DNA of 64,000 nt from Raillietiella orientalis (lineage: Eukaryota), in NCBI GenBank assembly GCA_036172245.1, contig JAYWIR010000018.1:1612001-1676000 (forward strand), written 5' to 3'. The notes beneath the pieces are model-generated. The model had not been told where the DNA came from. It made no database searches and was given only the letters and a program-made list of their open reading frames with translations. Position numbers and translations under genes: made by a program. Within the stretch, counting starts at the first letter, position 1; each line of letters starts with the position of its first letter. This document shows positions 11,906 to 23,698 of the stretch, one piece after another.

Positions 11906-13599
11906 GCGTGGCGTTCGGCACGCGGCGGGCGAGGGCGTGCCTTAACGACTCCCGGCTCGCCAAAGAGCCCATCGAGCTGCGCCGCTTCTCGTGGGCGCCG
12001 CTCGCGGAGGCGAGCTGGAGAAGGCAGCGTGCGCGGCACGGCAGGCGCGGCTGGCCCCTGGTTCTGTCTGGGAAGCGGCCGGATGACCGTCCAACTCAGG
12101 ACGCGGCTTTTCCTCGATCCGTATGTGCGAGAGCCACACCCCGGTTCTGTGGAGCTGGGCGTGCTGTGGATCTATGAAAAGCGAGCTCCGAAATCGTAGT
12201 CTTCGGCGGTCGAGCATGATTCTCCACCCCACTGGAGAACCCTGCACGAAATGCAGCCGTTTCGTAGCTCCGGAAAATTTTTTCACTGAGCGTTTTTCCT
12301 TCCCTTTTGGAGTCTCCTAGGCTGCCAGTCCTTCGAGGCGGACGGAAGGCTGGAAAACGAAACCGGAGGTGCTCAGGATGCGAATTCAACTCTGGAAATG
12401 CGAGCGCCATCGGGATTCATTCATGACTTGGCTCTTGGTGGAGCTCTGCCTGTGTTGTTCCCCCCCTCTTCTCCTCCTTATGCCTGAAGGCCATGCGAGT
12501 GGGCTCGACATCCTTTGTCCGCCCTTCCTCGCGGTTGTCCCACAGCAGCATCGTTGCTCCTCGTCGGCACTGCTTTATGCCACCAGAGATCACTCCCCGA
12601 GTTTCCCCTCGTTCGGGCTCAGCTTGCTGTCCCGCACGAGAGGAGCATCCCAGAGTGCGTTCCTGGCACCTCCTTGCGTTTCGCAAGTAGGGACGCATCT
12701 CTGAACCACCAGCGCGGTGTCTTGTCAGCTTCCGGTGCGACTTACCAGGTGGTCCTGAGATGCTCCCAGGCTGGACCCTGAGGACATTCGGCGAACCTTT
12801 GAGGCTCTCGTTTCGGAAGTCAGCGGCACCTAGGGACAACATCGACTCCCAGTGATTTCCAGTCACGTGCGCAGGGCGTGCATGCTTTAGCTGGGAACTC
12901 TGTCGTGCCTCCCGAATGGAATCTCGGCGGCGAGAGTGGTAGCCGATGACTCGCAATCCTCGATAAAACCTTCTAAGGACGCATGGAAACCTGCTGACTT
13001 ATTCGAGGGATTCCCCATTCACCATCTTCTTGCCGATTCTTTTGTGCTCCAGAAATTCTGAAGACGTGCCCACATGATCGCTCTCTCCCGGACTGAGCTC
13101 AAAGGTTCCTTCTTATTCACCCACGAGCTCATCTCCTTTGATTCCCGCGGATGTCGGGCTTGCTTTCGGTGCCAGACTCCTGTCTTTTCCCTGTGTGACC
13201 ATGGAAACATCTGGATGTGGCTTCTTCCTCTCTAGAAAAAGCAGAGATCTCCCCCCCTTTTTCTCTTCTGCTGGTGTTTCCGCTGTTTTTGCAGAGCATA
13301 CGCCAGCCTGAGTCACTATCTACAAGATGCTTCCGCATTCCTCCTCCCGTCTACTCTTCCCCCCCGAGGAATCCGAAATGAGATGCCTTCCTTCCTAGAG
13401 ATGCCTTCAGCTTGCGGACGCTTCTCGTAAAAGCAGGTGAGGGAAGTGGAAGTCTGAGGGTGTCTCGGGGTCATGGGGCTCGCTTCGCCATAGAGGCGCC
13501 TCAGTAGGGAACCATAGAGTTCCCGATGACGCAAAGGAAGATCCGTAAAGATGAGAATGCGGTGGTGCGGCGTCCACTCCCTTTGGCAGCGAGAGAGCG

Positions 13600-15980
13600 A
13601 ACCTTCCTCCGAGCTGCCAAACGAACGCACTGGGGTCAGAGATTAGGTTGTCTGGAACCGTGGAAAGAGCTACTGCTGCCTCGGAGGAGAGAGGGAAGAG
13701 CTGCGCAGCCGTCGAAAGATCTCTCTGCGGTCCAGATCGGAGAAGCGAGGCGCCGGTCTGCCACGGGAGCGGCTGAGAACGGACCGGATTCCGGCCTCCC
13801 GGAATGGCAGAGGTCTGGGAATGTTTCGCTTGGATGGTTTGGTGCTCTTGAGATCTCGAAGGTTGCTGAACTCGATGGGTTCGTTGTTTCCTTTTCGCGG
13901 GAAGCTGTTCCACGAGGGACACCCAGGACAGGAGGTTTCGGATGGACAGACCCGGAGCGTGCAACCTCTCTCGGAAGAGCGTCTCTCATCCCCCCCTCTT
14001 CCCCCGACGCATCACGCGCGCCGAGGTCAGCGACGGACACTCACTGTTCCTCCACCGCCTGCTCTCCTTCTCAACGTGATCGACGCCGCTCGCATTCTGC
14101 AGGAGCAGAGGTCGGGTTGCTCCGAGCCAGAGAGCCTGATGTAATCGAGGAAATGGGAAGCCGCTTTCCTCTTTCCCTCAGGTGGGCGCATTTGCATGCG
14201 AGGCGCGAGAGATGCCTGCCCACTTCCGCAACCGCCGCGTCCTGTGGGGGACTCTAGCGGTGTACGCCATAACGATCGAACTGGAGGAAGTAGTTCCGTC
14301 CTCGTTCTCTCTCGCTACTCATTCCTCCTCCTGGGACGTGTAACGCCCCCATTCTGGGAGCGGAGCAGGAGCCAGACTCCCGGAGTGGGGGGTGGAAGAG
14401 AATTGTCTCGAAGGAACTGCTCCCCGGCCCTGCCGAAGGGTGGGAACTGGGTCCACAGAATGAACAGCGTTCAGGAGTGCTGGCACAGGCTGACGGATCC
14501 CGGAAATTTCAAAAACGCATTGAGGTCGAAAGTCCCCACATCGCTGGTCAAAAAGTCCCCACAGGGCGTTCTTTCGGCGGAAGCGGATCTTGTTAAGCAA
14601 CACTTCAACTAATCAGTGCAAAAACAACCGAGTGAAGCAAGGACAAAAAAGAAAAAAAGAAGAATACGCACTCCTGCAGCACAAGCTGTGGATGTCAGCT
14701 GGACTTTAGAGTCTACGGACCCTGGACTCATTCCAGCGCGTTGCACATGGGGACCGTTGTTTCCCTTACAACCGGTTGTCACAGATTCCAATCTTCGCTT
14801 GATGGCCCGCCTCCGCTTGGGCATCGTCATCCACATGCTGCCACTCGCTCCACCAATGATAAAAAACGTAGAGTTTTGTTTATTTTTATTTTCTTCCGAC
14901 CCCAGCAGCAGCGTCGTATTGGCCAGGAAGGTCGTCTGCTCATCCCCGTGTCTTCGGCTCACCTCCGTGTCGTTGGCGCTCGCCTCCTCTGCTTCCCCGC
15001 AGCTCGCGAGCACGTCACAGGTTCGTGGGGGTCGAGTTCGCAGCCCGCCGGGACGTTCTTGCTCTGCCGCTAACCCCGCCCGTCATCCTTGGCTCCACCG
15101 TTGCCCCTTCTGAAAACGCTCCCGTAAAGTTTTTAAGCTGGCTGCGTTCCTTGCTGTTTAATAAAAAAAAAAAAATTAAATGAAACTAAAGTTTTCATTG
15201 AGGCCGTGCAATTCATCTGCATCCGGTCTGAAGGAATGGGTACCAGAAGCGTCGTAAAAAAAAAAAAAACACAATAAAATACTCTGGTGCGTCAGGTTGC
15301 CCTCGCCATACCGATGGTGAAATCAGACGGCATGGCCAAAAGCCTCTTGATCTGCCCATCCGGATCGCTTATCAATGGGACTCGGAGGAATGGAATCTCT
15401 GAAGTCGCGCGAGATGCACCATGGACACTCCCGCTCTCGAACGGGAACACCGAGCTGCACTCCGCTGGAAGATGCTCTTGACCGGGGAGTTGCGCAACAC
15501 TCGATAGCGAGTCGCAGCAGTTTCGGATCCGCATCTGGCCTAGCGGGCACCACGGAGTGCGCCCGCCTCGAAAATGCAGGCAACGGACCAAGGGGCTGCC
15601 GAAGTTGCCCACCAGTCAAGGAATTCCACCCTCCCGCAGCGCCTGCACGGTTTAAGCATTGCAGGATGGAACGTGATTTACGCACCACGCGGTCGAAGAC
15701 ACGTTTCGCGAATTTGTGCCCCGGGTCTCCTTGCTAATGAGCCTTCTGGCATTTCAGAAAAGCGAGCGTCTGGACTCGGACTGCTGCCGCCGCAACGAGG
15801 TTCCCGCCCGCACTGGAACTCCCGTGCCGATCGAGTCCCCACTGTGCCTGTCTCCTTGTTATCGGCAAGCGGGTGACCTCCGCTGCCTTCCCGCGCTCGA
15901 TCATTCGGCGAGTACTCGTGAACCGTTCTCGCCTACGGGCTCACGAAACTCTTTGACACGGTTCCACGCTGCCAGAGGGT
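13600..15980 (+). mobile_element. Second decayed DIRS-like relic (gag end?, RT, RNase H start)
   Basis: KGGNWVHRMNSVQECWHRLTDP in ORF 14196 (cf. VGGRLxxFxxxWxxLTxDP). LLIPVSSAHLR...WGSSSQPAGTF in ORF 14741 (cf. YLHIPI..HR..FGLSSAPxxF). AKSLLICPSGSLING in ORF 15287 (cf. KSxLxPxQxxxFLG). Left boundary uncertain. Confidence 0.5.
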
Positions 15981-16009
15981 GTGAGTGTTACCCTTCAAGT
16001 TGGGGGATA

Positions 16010-16646
16010 ACCCTATGAATCCAGAAAGGCTCCGGAGAAAGGATTCCGTTCCTCTTACGCTTGGTAGGCAACCTCGAAGGAAACTTTCGTCCTGGTTGTT
16101 TCCTGCGAAGGGAACCACCTCTTCCTTGTTCTCTCCGAAAGGACCTCCCTGTTTGTGGGCCGCTCCCGATCTCTTCTCCGAAGGGAATGCACAAAAGAAT
16201 CCTCTCCTGGAATTTCTTCTCCCGAAGGAAACTACAGACGTCTCGTTTCCAGTCCCCTGAAGAGAACCCCGAACGGACGCTTCCCGATTTCTCTGAAGGG
16301 CGCTCCCCGAAGGGAGCGGAGCGCTTCTTGACGCTCAGCTCCATTTTACGCGATGGAGGATTCCCCCGAGGGGAGGAGTCACAACCGGAAGAAAACCCCG
16401 AAGGGAAGCGGGTCCTTGGTTCCTGGAAGGACCCCCGGAGGGTCAACTTCCAATCCCGGTCAGTCAGCAGGAGGCATCCGGTTCCCACCAGTGCCGCACC
16501 CGAAACATGCAGGCCATCCAGCGTCATCTTGCGGGGGGAACTCGAAATCCACGGGGCGCCCACTTTCTCTGGCCCATCAATCCTCGACGCGGGGATTCGA
16601 ACTCGCAACGCACGGCACCACGCGCGATGACCGTGGCCACCCGGCC
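16010..16646 (-). mobile_element. tRNA-headed SINE-like repeat, near full-length copy c
   Basis: Minus strand reads GTGGCCACGGTCATCGCGCGTGGTGCCGTGCGTTGCGAGTTCGAATCCCC (box B at about 16593-16603). Full body follows and ends CTGGATTCATAGGGT. Confidence 0.75.
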
Positions 16647-18149
16647 TTCCTCCGACCACGGGTTCGGATCCTTGATCGAGCATTTTCGAATCCCACACGA
16701 TCGTCCCCTTTCCTGACAAAGTTCGACTCTGTGCCTGCGTTGCGAGCAGCCGGCTTCCTCTTCTGATGACACCGAAGAAACGGATCAGGAAGAATTCATT
16801 ACCCTGCAGGCTACGAAAGTGGCAATAAACCAATTAATAGGCAAACTCTCGAGCTTAGCCACTGGCTGATGAATGGACGTGAAGAAAGCTCAAATGGTTC
16901 CGTGTTCCACACGGGCCCGCGTTCCATCAGTCGAAGCGGACAACCCTTTCATGGTTTGACACATCTGGAAATGGATCTCGCGGCAGTGGATGAAGAAAGG
17001 AAACGCATCTCGGAAACGAGGGACCTCCTCACTTGCCAAGGAAGTGCGCGCGTGTAAGGGACTCGGCCGTCATCGTTTACTCCACGCGGATGCCCGCCCG
17101 ACCCTCTGTTCTGCTAAAAGTGGAGAGCGGTGTTAACCGCGCATCTAACTGGGACAAGTGCGGAAGATCGCGACCCTGATTTCATAACTTTTCGGGTTCC
17201 CATTCTGGAGCTTGAAGCAGTTCGCCCTCTCAACGACTCGAAACCCGACACGGCTCCCGCTTTCCACAAAAGGGAGAACGAGGAACTCGGGAACTGTGTG
17301 AGCTTTTTTACTCTTTCCTCGAGTCAGGCTCCGCAGCGAAAACACCCGGCGGTGTCCTGGAAGGACCACTCCTGCGGCCTGCTCGACTTCTTACGTGACG
17401 GAAGACGGAAGTCCCGCGAATTCGAGGAAAACCTTCCCTTCCCCCCTCCGGAGGTGCAAAAACGACCTGTCGCGTGGTTTCTGAAAATTTTTAGATGTTT
17501 AGCAAACAACCGCTTGTTTTTCTGCTCCGCCATAATCTCGGATGAGGGATGCGAGGACGTTTGCCGCCCAACCGGCCAAATTTCCTTTGAAAAGCTTCCT
17601 AGGACCGGTTGGCGCCCGCGTGGTTCCGAACCATCCGGTGCATTTCCGTTCACATTAATCTCCTCTTCGGAACTTTTCCGCCGGAGGTACAAGAAGCACA
17701 CTGCCTGCGGAGGCTGTTCACTCGCTAGCGATCTCTGCCCCGTTCTGTAGACACGCTTCGACCAGCGTCGAAACACATGCCCCCCCCCCCCCCCAGCACT
17801 CGTCAGGACCACACGTTCTTCCCTAGAAAGGATTTTTGTTTTTTTTGTGTTTTTCCCCGGATGCTATCCCGGTGTGGATAAGCTGGAAGATTCCTCGAGT
17901 GCTCTCTACGGTTAATCGCAAGGAACCTTCCCTTGACGGGCGGATCCGCAGCGAGAAGGCGACTTCTTTCTTCCTGGAAGGAACACTCCAGACCTCCACA
18001 GAGCACGAGCTTCGTCCGTTCCTCATCTGATGCAGAGGAGGGACTATAAAATGATCAATAAAGCCGAGAGACGGTGGGCAGAAACCCTCGAAGCACAGGG
18101 AAGCCATTATTCAAATCAGGAAACAGTGTAAACGCTAAGTGAGGATAGC

Positions 18150-19100
18150 ACACGGTGATGCATTATCCAAAGATCAGAAACAGGGATGCCGATGCCGACA
18201 CCAGGTAACCACCTGTAAACACAAAGCACCTGCGCCTAGGGTGTCTCTCACTTGGTCCGAACTTTTGACAGAACGCTCACAATGGTGAGATGTCGCTGTT
18301 ACTTTGAATAGGAGTCCGCATGGCAGATACATGAAGATGAAGAGGATGTTAGCTCCAAATAAAGAGTTCGGAGAGAAAATAGTATTGTCAAGATAACAAT
18401 AGTGACGATGACGAAGAAGGGTAAAAACCCACACAGTCAGATTGCCTGGGGCGAGGCATTCGCAGACTCGTTAATTCCAACAAATCCTCAGCATCCAGCG
18501 ACGAGACAGAAAAGCTAGACCATTCCACGTCGGAAATCCGCCTTGTGGCGTTTCTGAAGATGAAATTTACGAGCCTCCGAAAAGTACCCACCAGCTCTGA
18601 TTCCCACTGCTTTTCAATTCATCCTTTCTTGTACCTGCGCTGAGGAGATTCCCTGAAGATAAGGGAGGATGCTTGGCCTCCAGGAAGTCTCTCACCAGAA
18701 AATTTTATTTACAGACAAAAAGATTTTTAACATGTTGTTGTTGTCGTTTTTGTTTTGTTTTTGTTTTTTTGGATTGCGCGCACGCGCGCGCGCGCGCGTG
18801 TGTGTGTGTGTGTTTTTTTTTCGCATACCAGAACACGGTGTTTCGAGATGGCGATAAGGAATCTTTTCTCCTGCGTGTGATTCTTCTTCAGGTTTTGCCT
18901 TCGATTGCATCCGGACGTGAGACGGCGCGGGCCACGTGAAAGCTTCCAAGACCATCGTCCAGCGATGAAAAGCAGATGGAATGTTAATCCTGGCCAAACA
19001 TTCATGAAGCCCAATGGTTTTCGAATTTATCGCAAAGAGTGGCACTCGGTCATGAAACGAAATCAATGAAGCAATAGCGGAATCATTTAAACCCAAACAT
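18150..19100 (-). mobile_element. Decayed Ty3/Gypsy RT relic
   Basis: LDAEDLLELTSLRMP in ORF 18388- (cf. DxxKTAF...RMPFG), followed by YCYLDNTIFSPNS in ORF 18174- (cf. YLDDIIIFS). Confidence 0.55.
18775..18813. repeat. (CG)n(TG)n alternating purine-pyrimidine microsatellite
   Basis: TGCGCGCACGCGCGCGCGCGCGCGTGTGTGTGTGTGTGT seen directly. Confidence 0.9.
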
Positions 19101-19549
19101 CCAGTTGGGAGAGAAAGAGAGGAGGAGAGTTAAGGAAAAGGAAAAAAAAAAAAGAAAAAAAAAAAGTCAATCAGCGTCAGAGAACTGTTCCTTGGCCTAT
19201 ATAGAAGAGAAAATTCTTGAAATTTTTGCTGAGAAAGAGAAACCGCTAAACGATTATTCGCATCAGTAAAGAAATGGGAAGCAACCAAGCATGTAACAGA
19301 CTTAGTGGGAAAGAAGTCGATTGCGTTTTATACTAGGAAGATAAGGATCAAGCAAAATGTCAGTGATCCTGGAAGCTGTATTGAGAGAGAGAGAAAAAAG
19401 GAGATCTATTCCTTTATGTTTCGACAATAAATATTAAAAAAAAATTTCCTTACTTTTTTGAAACCTACCTCTGAGACAGATTACCCGAATGCTGCTCTCT
19501 CTACCGGGCATCGTTTGAATGTGTTCCCTTTGAGAATCATAGATGGCAG

Positions 19550-22500
19550 ACTTCTGATCGTTACATAATTAAGGTGACGTCACACGGTTCCTATTTTTCT
19601 ACCAACTACGTAAATGATTTGTACGTGACATTGAGAATGTACGTAAATTGTGCGTGGCTTCGTAAATATCGCTGGTGGTAATTTCAAATTAATTCCATGC
19701 CTTCCTACTGGGATGGACTGCATCCCAGTAGCGTAGGAAGCTTTTTAACGCAGCTACCGAAAATTAGCAAACTGCGTTACCGATTACACCATCCTACTTG
19801 AAAATCGTAGGGACCGCTGTTGGGAGCTAGGCATGCCGTTCCCTGAGTGCGTTTCACCACATGAGAGGATTCAAGTTCTCACTTAACCCAGCTGCAGGCT
19901 CCGTTCAGGGCGAATGTGAAAAAGCTGCAAATTAATGGAGCTGCAAGAAGTACCAAAGATTCAAAAATATATCCCGTGAAAGATTCGAAAACTGCTGTTA
20001 ATCGTTGCCATTTAGGTGCATCTTCCAGATCAATAAATCGAGATATTAACTCGGCATTTGCAGAATGTTATGAATGGTTTGGTACCCTTTGAGCATTCTC
20101 TTTATTTTTCCTTCACTGAAAACGAGAAATGCACTCCGCCTAAAAGAATGAGGGCTACGGACAAGAGTCGATAAGGAAAACCACCAGATCCGGTTCAGAT
20201 TGGTTGACGATTAAGGACATTATGAAACTGTGATAGCAAGAAACTTTTGCGGTTAATATTTTAAGAACCGGGGCAGTTGGAAACCCTGGAATCCTGAAAT
20301 CGGAAACGATCGTCATGGAAGACCACACGTTTGTGTTTCACACGTCCGTCGTCGTGAACTCGCAATCGAACGAAACGGTCCACGGTGGTCGAGACCTGTC
20401 CTCCTCCCACCGTGGAACTGACCACCTGACCAGTCTCGCAGGAGACGGTGGCATTGCTCGAAAGGAAGTTCCCATCAGTGCTGAACCCGGGGTTCTCAAA
20501 CCTGCTGCCCTTGTCGGGATCTCGCAAAATATCGGAGGTGGTTGGACACCGCATTGCCCACAACCATCCCCACGCGTTGTTGAGGAAGCAAGTTTGTCGA
20601 GAGAATACGATAATTGATCTCGGCAGATTTCGAAATACTCACGTGGGAAAACAGAAGGATCAAGGGCATGCAGATCGGTTGCCTAGGAAAGCAGCTGCTC
20701 ACAAGATACCACTCGTGCGGTCCAAACGAAACAGTCCGCTCATCATCTTGTTGATGCTGAGCTTTACCTGGCCGGCCCGAATTTGATGGATGCAAGGCGG
20801 CATTCGCTTCTTTCGAAAATTCCCGTATTTGATGAGGTTGGGGATCGGATAATGATGAAAACCTGGAGAGCATCTAAATTACGCGTCGCCACCGCCCAGA
20901 GTTTTTATTCTCGATGCCATCTTCTGTTGTCCTGACCAGAGTGAGGTCGTGCAACTAACTAACTCTTCCCAGCATCAAACAGGGCAGGGCCGGACTATGC
21001 CTGACTCGCCGGGAGCACACCGGAAAGAATCTTGAATTCGGAAAGAATTTTCAGCATCAAAGAGCTGATTCTTCGCCGCGCGATCTCCGTGCTTTGGAAC
21101 CAACTGAAGAATGCATCCCTGATGTGCGCTGCTTTTTTTGCGTTTGATCTGGACGCGAATTCTCTGATGAAACTGCGTCTGCTTCCGATCATACAGGAAT
21201 AAACACAAGGCGAGACCAAGTGACTTTCCCGATTCTGAAAGGGTGTTGTGAAAGAACTACGCATGTCACGGTAGAATTTGGCATGGTTCAGGAGAGTTCG
21301 GCTCGAAAAGTTGGCCATTCTGCACTAATAGTAGTTTAACCCGAAGGATGGAATGCGGCGTTGTTATTGTGAACAGCAAAAAAAAAAAAAAAAAAAAAAA
21401 ATGGAATTCTCTAGCAGGAAATGAGTTTAGTGTGTGCCTTTCCACAGGAATGGCTCGGCCTTATCTGCGAGTCCGAAAGTGGCTCCAGAACGGTACGCCC
21501 AGTTCACCTTTTACTGGTCCACAGCATTGGATGAATTCGTCGCAAGCAGCCGGTCCTGCAAGACGAAAGATGCTTTTCCGTGGGGGGGCGGGGGGAAGCC
21601 GTGGATGCGTGCGGGCAGCAGAACAGGCACTCTTGCCGAGGACTTGGGAACTGCAAAAACCGGAACGCAGGCGTTTTCCATGGAAAATCCCGACCTGACA
21701 TCGCCGAGCCCGATGGACGGGAAATCGAGGTGAGCATCACTTCCTCACCGGATCTCGGCTCTGCTTTGGAAGGCTTTCAGCACGGCGTCCACGCGCGGTG
21801 CATCATATGCGACCACATCCAGAGCGTGACCGGAGTTGGTTGCCGCTTTGATATTTGCAGATCCACTCGTGTGGAGTCTGGAGAGAAGCGATCGAAGCAG
21901 ATCGCGGACCTCGTAGAAAGGGATGCTTCTCTAAGGAATCGTTTTAGATTCACAGCAGCGACGGGGATAGGCTGTTAAGCAACGGAGCAATCTTGTAAGC
22001 AAAAGCCTCATCATTCTAGTATTTTCGAAAGGGGCTGATTCAATGAGATGCGCATGACGTACGCAGCAAGAAATGGATCACGGTTTCTTCTTCACTCCGA
22101 TGTTTGAGAAGGAAAAAAAAAAAAAATTTCAAAAAGATGCAGAATCCCTGGTTAATTAGCGATGAATCATACAAATTCGTAAATGAGACGTAAACGAGTT
22201 GGCGGCAAATTCTGACTAGCCGTGATGAATGGCCGCATGCAGGGATACGAGACCGAGAGAAAATCAAAAGTTGGTGCTTTACGACTCAAATGGGGCGTGC
22301 TAATCGTCTCTGTTTCGTGTTATGAGAACGATGCTTTAAACAACGTTTTCGTAAGAGTTGAATGATGTGGATTAGCAAATTTTTCGGAAACGTTGCAGAG
22401 CTGCATTTGGAGATGACTCAGTGATACACTAAATGTATGATGGATGGACGGAAGGACGGCCTGCCTCTGGATCTTAGAAGCGATTCTTGTTGCCCGTCCT

Positions 22501-22750
22501 CCGCAGGAGCGCCCTGATCGCTTCCAGGAGAAATCCCCTCAGACAAAAGCTGGATGGTACACAACCGGGCAACCCAGAAACACAAACAGAGGAGACGCCG
22601 ATGTGATCGCTCGGATGAGTGGCAGCGAGGAAGTGTACGAGTTTCCAGGAGACCCAGATTGGGAATCTCCCACAAGTAGCTTGAAGGGGAACACGAAAAC
22701 ACACGCGCGCGCGCACACACATCGAGTAGCTGAGGAGCTATTAGATGTTT
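19550..22750 (+). mobile_element. Decayed Ty3/Gypsy pol relic (RT, RNase H, integrase, GPY/F region)
   Basis: ADFEI then HVGKQKDQGHADRLPR at about 20620-20690 (cf. DFEIxYxxGKxNxxADxLSR). FYWSTALDEFVASSRSCKTK in ORF 21434 (cf. FYWPxMxxDVxxFVxSCxxCQ). Integrase-core-like stretch in ORF 21580. GDADVIAR..PDWESP in ORF 22444 (cf. GDxVLxR..PxWxGPY). Confidence 0.6.
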
Positions 22751-23698
22751 CTTAAGGCCGGCTGACATGCTCAGCAGACATACGCAGCCGACTGCGTACC
22801 AAAGAACGCACTCCTCGGTCACAGGCGAACTGGTACATGCGATGCATCAGAGAGCGAATTCTGGCGGTGTACAGCTGATGGGATGCTCGCCGTGTGAGCA
22901 GTGTGCAAGTCAAAAGAAGGTGGAGATAACGCACAGACGCAGGGAGCGCCGCGGAGACGTCGGTCCTGCGGTCTCGGGAGGGTGCGCGTTGACTGCCAAG
23001 GAAAGATCACGTCTCACTTTCGGAGAAAAGGCTCTTTTTTTGTCAACGGAAAGAGGTCATCAGCGACCCAAAGGTGATTCCAGTGCTGATCACGTTGAGC
23101 AAAATTGTTCGTGTCCCCACACAACTCTAGCAAAAAGTGATCGCGCAGAAGGGAGCAACAGATAGAACCATGTGCACCGCACCGACAGCTCTTTCATGCG
23201 AAAGCGACCTTGCTGGGATGCGCTCTTGTCGCCCAATGTCTCCTACGCTTAAGAGTTCACAAAATGGCATCCCTTGCGTTGTTCCTCCTTTACTGCCATT
23301 CTGGAATCCAGGAGATGCCCGCAATAGCATCCAAATATTCTGCCTCCACAGAGATAGCTTTGTTCTCCTAGTGGGAGTCGCGATGTGCCACCGCCCTCAT
23401 GCAGCTTTGCACCACTTCTGCGGAGCCACTGCGTCCGTACGCTGGTTCTATGGACGCTGAGAAAGAGGAATCGGTTCCTCTTGCATCCAGAGCAATCTCT
23501 CCATAAAGACGACTTCTGGCACGAAGCCTGGTTTGTTTTTTTTTTTCGTTTTTTGCTCGGCGTTTGCACATTTCTCACGTAGACACAGTCCCTGATGCTG
23601 TAGGACACTCCGAAGGTCGAGTCGCCGAGAGAGATTATTGGTTTCAGAACCGAAGGCAGGAAATGCATGGATCACGTGACACCTCACAGCGCTCTCAA

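Larger units (their letters stand above)
10377..12205 (+). repeat. Inverted duplication IR1, arm A (1829 bp)
   Basis: Reverse complement of 23699-25527; paired coordinates sum to 35904 and the ORF track is mirrored. Only two substitutions noticed (10398/25506 and 11034/24870). Confidence 0.98.
9400..13490 (+). mobile_element. Decayed DIRS-like retrotransposon (RT, RNase H, possible methyltransferase-like region, tyrosine recombinase), interrupted by a SINE-like copy
   Basis: Motifs in DIRS order. EYGLPFP near 9423 (cf. GYxLPF). LRKGIHEVVVSPGKLLFFVFRK in ORF 9575. FEILDFQINAFVRPIPSQ in ORF 9881 (cf. LGFxINxxKSxLxPSQ). VDASSPLRGWGTH in ORF 11117 (cf. TDASxxGWGAH). PGWTLRTFGEPL at 12766 and GVHALA at 12875 (cf. 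WDLxxVL..PFEPL and SELHAL). GKWKSEG at 13441 (cf. GxWxS of the YR C-terminus). Confidence 0.65.

Noticed and set aside
11150..12100. rRNA expansion segment or ITS (very GC-rich, structured)
   Set aside because: No conserved SSU, LSU or 5.8S sequence is recognisable nearby.
10977..12177. Long ORFs of 227-331 aa (and mirrors at 23727-24927) as real genes
   Set aside because: They overlap in several frames on both strands, are Arg/Ala/Pro/Gly-rich, and are explained by stop-codon scarcity in 70-80% GC DNA. Only short DIRS RNase H motifs are recognisable.
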